In this document: piece by piece, positions 20,032 to 27,749 of the stretch
Numbering within the stretch: the first letter of the stretch is position 1
Layout of the letters: every line of letters starts with the position of its first letter
DNA from: Sedimentisphaeraceae bacterium JB056
GTDB lineage: Bacteria; Planctomycetota; Phycisphaerae; Sedimentisphaerales; Sedimentisphaeraceae
DNA: 64,000 nucleotides
Direction: 5' to 3'
Assembly (NCBI GenBank): GCA_044440125.1
Contig: JBITAJ010000027.1
Span: 1 to 64,000 of the forward strand
Program-made: the position numbers and the translations under genes
Notes under the pieces: generated by a model
Databases searched by the model: none
Told to the model about the DNA's origin: nothing
Seen by the model: the letters and a program-made list of their open reading frames with translations, nothing else

Positions 20032-20730
20032 TTGGATTCGATAGCAGGGGAGTTTGGTATGAGTTTTGATTGGCGGGATATTGTTTTAGCAAGTAAAGAG
20101 GCGATTCGGCTTAGAGGGCGGTTTGTGGTTGCTCTCTCCGGCGGTTCGTCTATGGTTAGCTTTGGCAGGGCACTTTGTGAGCTTAGCTGCGGTATCGAGT
20201 GGGATAAGTGGCATTTCTTTTTTGCAGATGAGAGGTGCGTGCCGCTATCTGACCACCGGAGCAATTATTATCTTGCAAAACGTGAGCTGTTTGACATTGT
20301 AGGGGTTGAAAATGCCAATATTCATGCGGTTGATGATTCACTTGATCCCCACGCGGCGGCTACCGATTATCAGGCTCAAATAGAGTTCTTTTTTGATACG
20401 CAGACGCCGCAGGTGCCAGTTTTTGATCTTGTTGTTCTTGGAATCGGAACCGATGGACACACCGCATCACTTTTTCCAAACAGCAAACTGCTTGAGGAGA
20501 AGCAGCGGCTCGTTGCCGAAGAACTCCACAGCCCAAAGCCCCCAAGTGAACGTGTAACTTTTACGCTCCCCCTGATAAACGCCGCAGGAAATATCCTCTT
20601 CATCGCCACCGGCGAGAGCAAACGAGACATCATCAAAAAAATAACCACCACAAAAACCCCGGATAAATCAACCCCCGCAACCATGATAAAACCAAAAGAC
20701 GGAGCGTTAAACTGGCTCCTTAACCAGTGA
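20032..20730 (+). CDS. pgl: 6-phosphogluconolactonase
   Basis: ALSGGS, FADERCVP, LGIGTDGHTASLFP, RVTFT; start may be ATG 20059. Confidence 0.92.
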   Translation: MDSIAGEFGMSFDWRDIVLASKEAIRLRGRFVVALSGGSSMVSFGRALCELSCGIEWDKWHFFFADERCVPLSDHRSNYYLAKRELFDIVGVENANIHAVDDSLDPHAAATDYQAQIEFFFDTQTPQVPVFDLVVLGIGTDGHTASLFPNSKLLEEKQRLVAEELHSPKPPSERVTFTLPLINAAGNILFIATGESKRDIIKKITTTKTPDKSTPATMIKPKDGALNWLLNQ

Positions 20731-20891
20731 ACTGTCAAGGCTAAATTCTATAAAAAACAATAATTTTATTGTAAATCAAGATTAGTAAAGTAAAATAAGA
20801 CTTCAGTTTTTCAGAGTCACTGTCGCTGTTCCGAAGTTTTCGTTGGGCAGGTAGAGTTGGTAAAGAGGCATTTATTGGTCGAGGATGTGAT

Positions 20892-21194
20892 ATGAACAAG
20901 TATTTAATGGTTGGTGTAGTTGCCGCCGTGGCGATGTTTTTTGCTTTTATCGTAAAGGCGGATAATACCGGTATGCGACAAAAGGAGCAGTTTGAGTACA
21001 AGGTGGTCAATGTTGTTACACTTCTGGATATAAAGAGCTTTGAAGAAGCTTTCAATCAAGCATTAGAATCAAATATCCTAAATGACCCCACTCTGGAAAA
21101 GGTTAAGTTCGAGTCGAAATTTTGTTTGAACGTATTACTTAAAGAAGAGTTTTTGCTGTCAAAACGAATTGCTAATATAATAGGATATAGTTGA
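20892..21194 (+). CDS. Small exported protein (QFEYKVV, DUF4177-like), possibly chimeric or truncated at the island border
   Basis: GAGGA RBS and signal-like N-terminus; 3' half switches to AT-rich sequence. Confidence 0.5.
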   Translation: MNKYLMVGVVAAVAMFFAFIVKADNTGMRQKEQFEYKVVNVVTLLDIKSFEEAFNQALESNILNDPTLEKVKFESKFCLNVLLKEEFLLSKRIANIIGYS

Positions 21195-24100
21195 TGAGAA
21201 GAAATGGGCTGAAAAAAAGTCAAAAACGAAAAAGTCTGTCCGAGCAAATTAAGCAAAAACACGACAAAAAATTAATTCAACGATATGTGAGTTCTTTGAA
21301 TTCTTACTCGGGTAATAGGACTAGAAATTATAAAAGGCGTATCAAATCTGAATCTTTTGAAATTTTAGATAAGGTATATGATATATCAATAAGAGGACAT
21401 ATAAGCAATGTCTATTTTGAGCCTTATATGCCTTTTGATAAACAGTTTGAAGATTGTGAGAAATTGCCTTTTACCGGTGATCTGGAAAAGGAGCTTAATT
21501 GGATTGGTTTTATTATACTAAAACATGCTGATGTAATTAATAAATATTTGAGACTTAAAAATCAGTATGAAAAAGCTGTTCTAACAGGAGAGTATGCTAT
21601 AGCCAAAGAAATAATTCAAGATATATTAAAGAGTTTTGGGTTTTCACTTTGGGCGATTAATGAATTACTGTTTATTGCTGAAAGCTGTGGGGGGTTAAAA
21701 GAAAATAGAGAAGTTCTTCAAACGATTTCGGAAAAATGTGGCAATAGTATTAAAATACTCCTTTCTTTTTGCAGTTCTCGTATTGAAACTGCTAATTCAT
21801 GGTCAAATTATAATAAGGATTGTGAAGCATTTATAAAAAGACATTGGCATAGAGAAAGTATCAGGCACATTTTATCATTTATGGAATTTTCTATAAAATC
21901 TCCCATTTTTGATAATTTTGGCAATCTTGATTCTGTTGCTTATATTTTAAGCGGTTTTCCTTTGATTGATAGGTATATTGGTTTTATAAGAATCCTCCAA
22001 GTAATGATTGCTAATGGTGTAGAAATTTACCAATTAAATTTATCAGATTTAATCTCTGAAATCAACAATGTGATAAAAGACCCTTTATTAGATATGATTG
22101 TTTATTCATTAACAAATAATATATCTAATCTTAATCTTGATAACAAAGAAAATATAGAAATAATTGATCAATATACAAGAGGCCAATACTGCAATTCCAG
22201 AGACATCGCACATGAAGCTTTACGTGAATCGCCAAATGTGTTTGAATATTATGAAATATATCTAAAATCTGTTATCCATGGTAAGTTCGAATTTAAAAAT
22301 CCATTTGATGAGAAATGTCATTCATATAAGATACTTCTTTGGATGTATAATGTATTAAGTCGCAATCATGATATGTTTGACTCTATGAATAGTTTAATTA
22401 AAGAATCTTATGTATTAAGTTCTATGAGCTTAAGTCAACATTTGTTGCATTTTGTTAACGAAAATAGTTGTGACGCAAATTTGTTATATTCGAAAAGAAT
22501 GGCATTATTAAATGATTCACAAATCACTCCAAGGTTGAAGTTTGTTTTCAACTCTCATGGGAAGGCTTTGTCTTTTCTTGATGATTATGAACAAATTAAC
22601 GGCAATAGCATTACTTTAAATCATTTTAAGGTATCACATTGTGCTGAATATACCGATGATGTTCCTCTTATAAGACAACAGAAATATAAGGCACTCTATT
22701 TCTTAAGAACAAATGCTTATGATGAGGCGAAATCTATTTATGAGTTAATGTTGAAAAAAGACCAGCTTCCTCTTTATTATCTAAAAGATATTATACATAA
22801 TTTAGTTATTTGTTATATACGTTCCGAGGAGGTCGATAATTGTGTCGAACTGACTCTTAATATGTATTATAATGATAACAAAAATGTCTCATTAGGAACA
22901 TGGCAATATATTGCTGAAAATATTGATATTTCAGTTGAAAAAATTGGTGTTAAAGCACCGATTTTGATGAATATTTTACAGCAAGAAAAAATCTATCCTA
23001 GAGATGGTCGAAAATTGTACGAACTTTTGGAAGATTATCTAAATGATATATCAATAGAAAAGCCTAGTGAAATTACTCACAGTCATGACGCAGAAAAACG
23101 ACATATTATTTACCTTTTGCGGAATGTCTGTGTAATAAATATTTTAGAAGATTTTTTTGTGTTTAATAATATGAAAGAGTTAGAAAATGAAAGAGTAGAG
23201 ATATGTAGAATATTACAGTATATTGATAGCAATAATTTTGATTATTATTCTGCTGAGATTAAAGATATAGCTCAGATTCAAACAACAAGAGAATCTGTTC
23301 ATAGTATTGATAAATGTAAAGTTCATATTGATATTCCTCGCCTTTATGACTCTTTAGAAAAGGATTTAGAAGAATCATTTAGTAGATGGAAAGAATATTC
23401 CTACCTTGAGGAACGTTTGAGAAAACCTCCTATGCTTGACTCAGATTCAGAATCTCCAATGCGCATTGCGCTTGTTGATCCTTCAATCAAAATATTTGAT
23501 GAAATATTTACGCAAATTCAAAATCATTTTCTTAGTAGTAATGAGTACGGATTGGATTGCTATTTAAGTGTTAGAATTAGACATGGGACATTGGACGGCC
23601 AAATTCGAAGCATTTTTTCAAAGAATAATTTGCTAACATTAAAAATTGATAGTAAAGATGAATATGCAGAGAATGAGTTTTGGAATCATAAAATTTTTAT
23701 TGAAAGCAATAAATGTGTATTAGCAAAAAAATATTGGAAGCTTTTTTCTAAGACCATTGATGATGAAATATATTTTCTACGAAACGATCTCATACAAATC
23801 AGGAACAAAAACCATCAAGTGGGGCTTTTCGATTATGATTTTAATGAATCCGAAAAAAAAGTTTTTTGGATAGATGTTGTATTTAATAAAAATATAAGTC
23901 AGTACAAAGAACTATTAGACTATATTGTTACTATTCTTATTGATAGAACTAAAAAGAATTTACACGAAGTAAAAAAATATATCCAAGGCGAGTTAAAAGT
24001 TAATTTTTTAGAAGCATTAGATGAGCTGGAGTCGAATATAATTTCGATAGATGAAAATGCTGATGTTGTTGAATTTAAGGATACTATTAAAAGGGTGAAA

Positions 24101-24667
24101 ACTGATCTCGAGAACGGGTTAAGAGAAATTGCAAAATGGTTTAATCTTGCAGATAAACCGAATTTTAACTGTTTCTTTATAGAACAATTAATAAAAACAG
24201 TTGAAGCGATAGTTAAAAAGTGTCATCCAGGTATTGTTTTAAATGTTAATTATATAGGTGAAAAAGATAAGGTCAAATTCGAGGGCTCGGCTTTTATATC
24301 AATGATAGATATATTTTTTATAATATTTGATAATATAGCTAAGCATTCAGGTTTGACTAAAAATGACGTGGGAGTATCTCTAAAAATAGATGATTCTATT
24401 AATATAACTATAAGTAATAAATTAGATAAATCTTGTGATATTGATGAAATTGAAAGAAAACTTGATTCAATTGAAGGCGGATCGATTAAAACAAGTCTCA
24501 TAAGATCTGAAGGAGGCACAGGTTTTATTAAAATAAAAAAGATTCTAAAATATGATTTATATCATAGTCAAAACAAGCTATCGTATAATATAGATAGATC
24601 AAATCGTTTATTTAATACTGTTGTGTCTTTATCAAAAGGAATAATTGATGATCATTCAAATAATTGA
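21191..24667 (+). CDS. dtcA: Detocs DtcA-like sensor: large helical/TPR-like region plus degenerate histidine kinase/HATPase
   Basis: 1158 aa, AT-rich; YLSVRIRHG candidate phospho-His, FDNIAKHSG N-box, EGGTGF G-box; no TM segments; followed by two receiver genes. Confidence 0.8.
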   Translation: MMRRNGLKKSQKRKSLSEQIKQKHDKKLIQRYVSSLNSYSGNRTRNYKRRIKSESFEILDKVYDISIRGHISNVYFEPYMPFDKQFEDCEKLPFTGDLEKELNWIGFIILKHADVINKYLRLKNQYEKAVLTGEYAIAKEIIQDILKSFGFSLWAINELLFIAESCGGLKENREVLQTISEKCGNSIKILLSFCSSRIETANSWSNYNKDCEAFIKRHWHRESIRHILSFMEFSIKSPIFDNFGNLDSVAYILSGFPLIDRYIGFIRILQVMIANGVEIYQLNLSDLISEINNVIKDPLLDMIVYSLTNNISNLNLDNKENIEIIDQYTRGQYCNSRDIAHEALRESPNVFEYYEIYLKSVIHGKFEFKNPFDEKCHSYKILLWMYNVLSRNHDMFDSMNSLIKESYVLSSMSLSQHLLHFVNENSCDANLLYSKRMALLNDSQITPRLKFVFNSHGKALSFLDDYEQINGNSITLNHFKVSHCAEYTDDVPLIRQQKYKALYFLRTNAYDEAKSIYELMLKKDQLPLYYLKDIIHNLVICYIRSEEVDNCVELTLNMYYNDNKNVSLGTWQYIAENIDISVEKIGVKAPILMNILQQEKIYPRDGRKLYELLEDYLNDISIEKPSEITHSHDAEKRHIIYLLRNVCVINILEDFFVFNNMKELENERVEICRILQYIDSNNFDYYSAEIKDIAQIQTTRESVHSIDKCKVHIDIPRLYDSLEKDLEESFSRWKEYSYLEERLRKPPMLDSDSESPMRIALVDPSIKIFDEIFTQIQNHFLSSNEYGLDCYLSVRIRHGTLDGQIRSIFSKNNLLTLKIDSKDEYAENEFWNHKIFIESNKCVLAKKYWKLFSKTIDDEIYFLRNDLIQIRNKNHQVGLFDYDFNESEKKVFWIDVVFNKNISQYKELLDYIVTILIDRTKKNLHEVKKYIQGELKVNFLEALDELESNIISIDENADVVEFKDTIKRVKTDLENGLREIAKWFNLADKPNFNCFFIEQLIKTVEAIVKKCHPGIVLNVNYIGEKDKVKFEGSAFISMIDIFFIIFDNIAKHSGLTKNDVGVSLKIDDSINITISNKLDKSCDIDEIERKLDSIEGGSIKTSLIRSEGGTGFIKIKKILKYDLYHSQNKLSYNIDRSNRLFNTVVSLSKGIIDDHSNN

Positions 24668-25106
24668 AGATGATTTTAATAAACTCCATCAAATTACCGA
24701 TTTTATAAAGTGTATTTTGCCAAGTGCTAATATTGTTCAAAATCATTCTTATCAAAGTGGTTTAAAGTCGATTATTGAAAAAAAGCCTGAATTGATAATC
24801 CTTGATATGAGTTTGCCGACATATGATTTGTCTTCCGGAGAACCCGGAGGCACCTTCCGTTACTACGGAGGGCGTGATATATTAAGAAACATAACAAGGA
24901 AAAAGATTAAATCCAAAGTTATAGTTGTTACAATGTATGAGAAATTTGGTGAAGGGCATGATGCGTTATCGCTCTCTGAATTGAAAAAACGTTTAAAAAA
25001 AGATTTTGAAGAAAATTACATAGGAACAATCTTCTATCAACCTTCAACTATAATGTGGCAGAATGATTTGAAAAATTATATTGAAAACTTTGAAAGACAG
25101 ATGTAA
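24648..25106 (+). CDS. dtcB: Stand-alone receiver (REC) protein, DtcB-like
   Basis: IIEDD, LIILDMSLP, VIVVTMY; overlaps the end of dtcA. Confidence 0.82.
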   Translation: MIIQIIEDDFNKLHQITDFIKCILPSANIVQNHSYQSGLKSIIEKKPELIILDMSLPTYDLSSGEPGGTFRYYGGRDILRNITRKKIKSKVIVVTMYEKFGEGHDALSLSELKKRLKKDFEENYIGTIFYQPSTIMWQNDLKNYIENFERQM

Positions 25107-25756
25107 TGATAAAGGTATTAATAGTTGATGATGATTCAACTAAAATCGCAATAATCGAAAAATCAATATATAGTAGCTTTAATTCCAATGAGATTAATAT
25201 TTCGATCGCAAAAAGTTTATCCGATGCGAGGGAATTATTGTCATCAAACCAATATCATATGTTGATACTAGATATGAACATACCAAATAGATATGATTCA
25301 AAAGAACCAAAAAAAGATGGTGGAATTGCATTTCTTTCTCATCTCCAAAAAAATTCAAAGCTCAAGATACCCAATCATGTTATGGGTCTGACTGCCTATG
25401 CGGAATTAATTGAAGAGCATGAGAATGAATTTAACGATATGGGATGGTTGTTGATTAAGTTTGATCGTACAACTAATCATTGGGAAGGGGTAATAAACAA
25501 TAAGTTGTACCACATAATAAAAAGTGACTCTCAAAAACAGGAATCTCTTCCGATGATAAACATCTTTAAAATTTTTGGTTTTGTGACAATTCTACTTATT
25601 ATTATTAGCTTTTTTGTTAAGATAACTCTGACTTGCATATTTTTTATTATTATGGTAGCTGCTGTAATTATTATTGCTGTACTTTATTCAAATGGTAATA
25701 TTTCAGAAAAAAGCTTTATAAGTTTCTTTAATAAATTGATTAAAAAAGATCTTTGA
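25106..25756 (+). CDS. dtcC: Receiver fused to a C-terminal two-helix membrane domain, DtcC-like effector
   Basis: VLIVDDD, LILDMNIP, GLTAY, then a ~45-aa hydrophobic stretch; TAATG coupling to dtcB. Confidence 0.75.
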   Translation: MIKVLIVDDDSTKIAIIEKSIYSSFNSNEINISIAKSLSDARELLSSNQYHMLILDMNIPNRYDSKEPKKDGGIAFLSHLQKNSKLKIPNHVMGLTAYAELIEEHENEFNDMGWLLIKFDRTTNHWEGVINNKLYHIIKSDSQKQESLPMINIFKIFGFVTILLIIISFFVKITLTCIFFIIMVAAVIIIAVLYSNGNISEKSFISFFNKLIKKDL

Positions 25757-25816
25757 GAAAGACTCTAAATCGTGGCAGGTATTTTTCGCAAATTAGTGGA
25801 TCAACGCTGGTTATAT

Positions 25817-26144
25817 TGATATGCCCTACGTTTGACGGACAGTCTGTGTATACAACTATGCTACATTTTCCTTTTTCAATTCATACATCTCTTCATATAC
25901 CACAGGGCTTACATAACCCAGTGATGCATGCCGTCGCTTGCGATTATAGAACACTTCAATGTATTTGAAAACATCTTTTTCGCCATCTTCGAAAGTTTCG
26001 TAAACTTTATTTCGAATCCACTCATTTTTGAGACTGCCAAAGAAGCTCTCGACACAGGCATTATCCCAACAATTACCCTTGCGGCTCATGCTGCAGACAA
26101 TCCCATGCCTCTCAAGAAGATTCTGGTAATCTTCGCTAGCATAC
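25817..26144 (-). mobile_element. IS3-family remnant (integrase C-terminus plus right inverted repeat)
   Basis: YASEDYQNLLERHGIVCSMSRKGNCWDNACVESFF...YNRKRRHASLGYVSP; end TGATATGCCC...GGACAG at 25817. Confidence 0.9.
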
Positions 26145-26792
26145 CAAGGTTTGTAAGGTTATGGTGTTCTGCTCTATTTCGATGGTGCCGTCGGATTTGA
26201 GTTTGTTTAGTGCTCTGCTTAAGGTTTCTGGGATTGTTCCTAATCTTCCGGCGAGTTCTGCTTTTGAGCAGTCGAGTGTAGTTGTGCCGTCTGCATCAGC
26301 GTTTTCTTTTAGATAGCCGATGAGTCTTTCGCTTACATCTTTAAGCGAGAGGGCGTCTATAAGGTTGACGAATTTACGCAGTCTTTTGCTCAGTACCGCG
26401 AGCATTTCGAGGAGGATTTCCGGCTTTTCGAAAGCTATATCGAGAAATTCGCTCCCCCTTATGTATATAGTTTGCGTTTTTTCCATTGCCGCGGCGGCAG
26501 CCGGATAGCACGCTCCTTCAAACAGCGGCACTTCACCAAGGCTCTGCCCCTCGCCAAGTACATGCAACACCTGCCTGCGTCCGTTCTCCGAGCTTCTGAA
26601 AATTTCAACCCTGCCGCTGATTATAAGGTAGAAGCCGTCCGCTTTATCCCCCGCGTTGAATATCAGTTCCTTGCCGTCAAAGTCCCTGAAAGAAGCGGCT
26701 TTTGCTATCTCTGCTATCTCCTGCGGTGCTAATTGTGAGAAAATATCACAGTTTTTGAGCTGAAACTCAATGTTTTTAGCATCTTTTTCCAT
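26136..26792 (-). CDS. Crp/Fnr family transcriptional regulator (HcpR-like)
   Basis: cNMP-binding-like domain (GEVPLF) and HTH LGTIPETLSRAL; GGAG RBS before ATG 26792. Confidence 0.9.
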   Translation of the reverse strand: MEKDAKNIEFQLKNCDIFSQLAPQEIAEIAKAASFRDFDGKELIFNAGDKADGFYLIISGRVEIFRSSENGRRQVLHVLGEGQSLGEVPLFEGACYPAAAAAMEKTQTIYIRGSEFLDIAFEKPEILLEMLAVLSKRLRKFVNLIDALSLKDVSERLIGYLKENADADGTTTLDCSKAELAGRLGTIPETLSRALNKLKSDGTIEIEQNTITLQTLVC

Positions 26793-26815
26793 AAAACTCC
26801 CTTTTTTTATCCATG

Positions 26816-26858
26816 CTTGACTTAAGTCAAGGCAATCATCTGCTATGTATGCTAATAT
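26816..26858 (+). promoter_or_regulatory. FNR/HcpR-type operator with class II promoter
   Basis: Perfect palindrome CTTGACTTAAGTCAAG (26816..26831) and extended -10 TGcTAATAT (26850..26858). Confidence 0.75.
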
Positions 26859-26990
26859 CATATCAAGTTAGCCGACCTCGGCAAGCTTTAAATAGGCGAT
26901 GATAGTAAGAGTCAGTTACAGTATTCAGGCAAACCGAACATTTTGTTCTTGCCGAGTTAAAACTATAACCAATTAAATGGAGATAATGAT

Positions 26991-27704
26991 ATGAGTAAGA
27001 AAAAAGTAATAAGAATCGACGAAGATAAGTGTGTGGGCTGCGGGAAGTGTGTAAATGCGTGTCATGGCGGAGCGTTGGAGCTGGTTGACGGCAAGGCAAA
27101 GGTGACACGTGAGGATTATTGCGATGGACTGGGGGCTTGTATTGGCGAGTGTCCGTTTGGGGCGATCAGTTTTGAAGAGGTTGAAAGAAGTGCTCCGGCC
27201 GCGGCCCCGGCAGCACCGGCTCCGAAGAAGCCGGAAAAGAAAAGCGGTGGTTGTCCGGGAAGCATGAGCATGAAGTTTGACAGAAAGCCTTCTGCCGCGG
27301 CGACTCAAGGCACAGCAGGCGGTCCGTCAGCACTCAACGCATGGCCAATCCAGCTTCACCTTGTAAGCCCGACTGCCGAGCAGTTTCAGGGAACTGATGT
27401 GCTGATAGCGGCAAGCTGCAGTGCTTTCTCTATGGGTAATTTTCATCCGGCACTGCTGGAAGGCAGGGGGCTGGTAATAGCCTGCCCGAAGCTGGATATG
27501 CAGGATGGCTATCTTGAGAAGCTTACAGATATGTTTGCTCTTGCCAAGCCGAGAAGCGTGACCGTTGCGAGGATGGAAGTACCTTGCTGCGGCGGACTGG
27601 TAAGGCTGGTCGAAGCGGCAAGGACGGCCGCGGGAAGCGATCTGAGCGTAAACGAAGTGATAATCGGTCTCAATGGCGAACTTAAAGGAATCAGAAATTT
27701 ATAA
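26991..27704 (+). CDS. 4Fe-4S dicluster protein (FrdX-like family commonly linked to hcp)
   Basis: CVGCGKCVNAC, CDGLGACIGECP, GCPG, WPIQLHLV, IACPKLD, MEVPCCGG. Confidence 0.88.
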   Translation: MSKKKVIRIDEDKCVGCGKCVNACHGGALELVDGKAKVTREDYCDGLGACIGECPFGAISFEEVERSAPAAAPAAPAPKKPEKKSGGCPGSMSMKFDRKPSAAATQGTAGGPSALNAWPIQLHLVSPTAEQFQGTDVLIAASCSAFSMGNFHPALLEGRGLVIACPKLDMQDGYLEKLTDMFALAKPRSVTVARMEVPCCGGLVRLVEAARTAAGSDLSVNEVIIGLNGELKGIRNL

Positions 27705-27706
27705 AT

Positions 27707-27745
27707 AAAAAACGCCGGCTGCTTTCATGGCAACCGGCGTTTTTT
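27707..27745. terminator. Bidirectional intrinsic terminator
   Basis: aaaaaacgccgg...ccggcgtttttt between convergent genes. Confidence 0.8.
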
Positions 27746-27749
27746 GTTT

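Noticed and set aside
21191..25756. Ordinary regulatory two-component system
   Set aside because: No membrane sensor and no DNA-binding output; AT-rich island with an IS scar fits defence better
26891..26930. aggcgatg as a fluoride riboswitch (also at 37292)
   Set aside because: Lacks the rest of the crcB motif; the 37292 copy is one arm of a terminator
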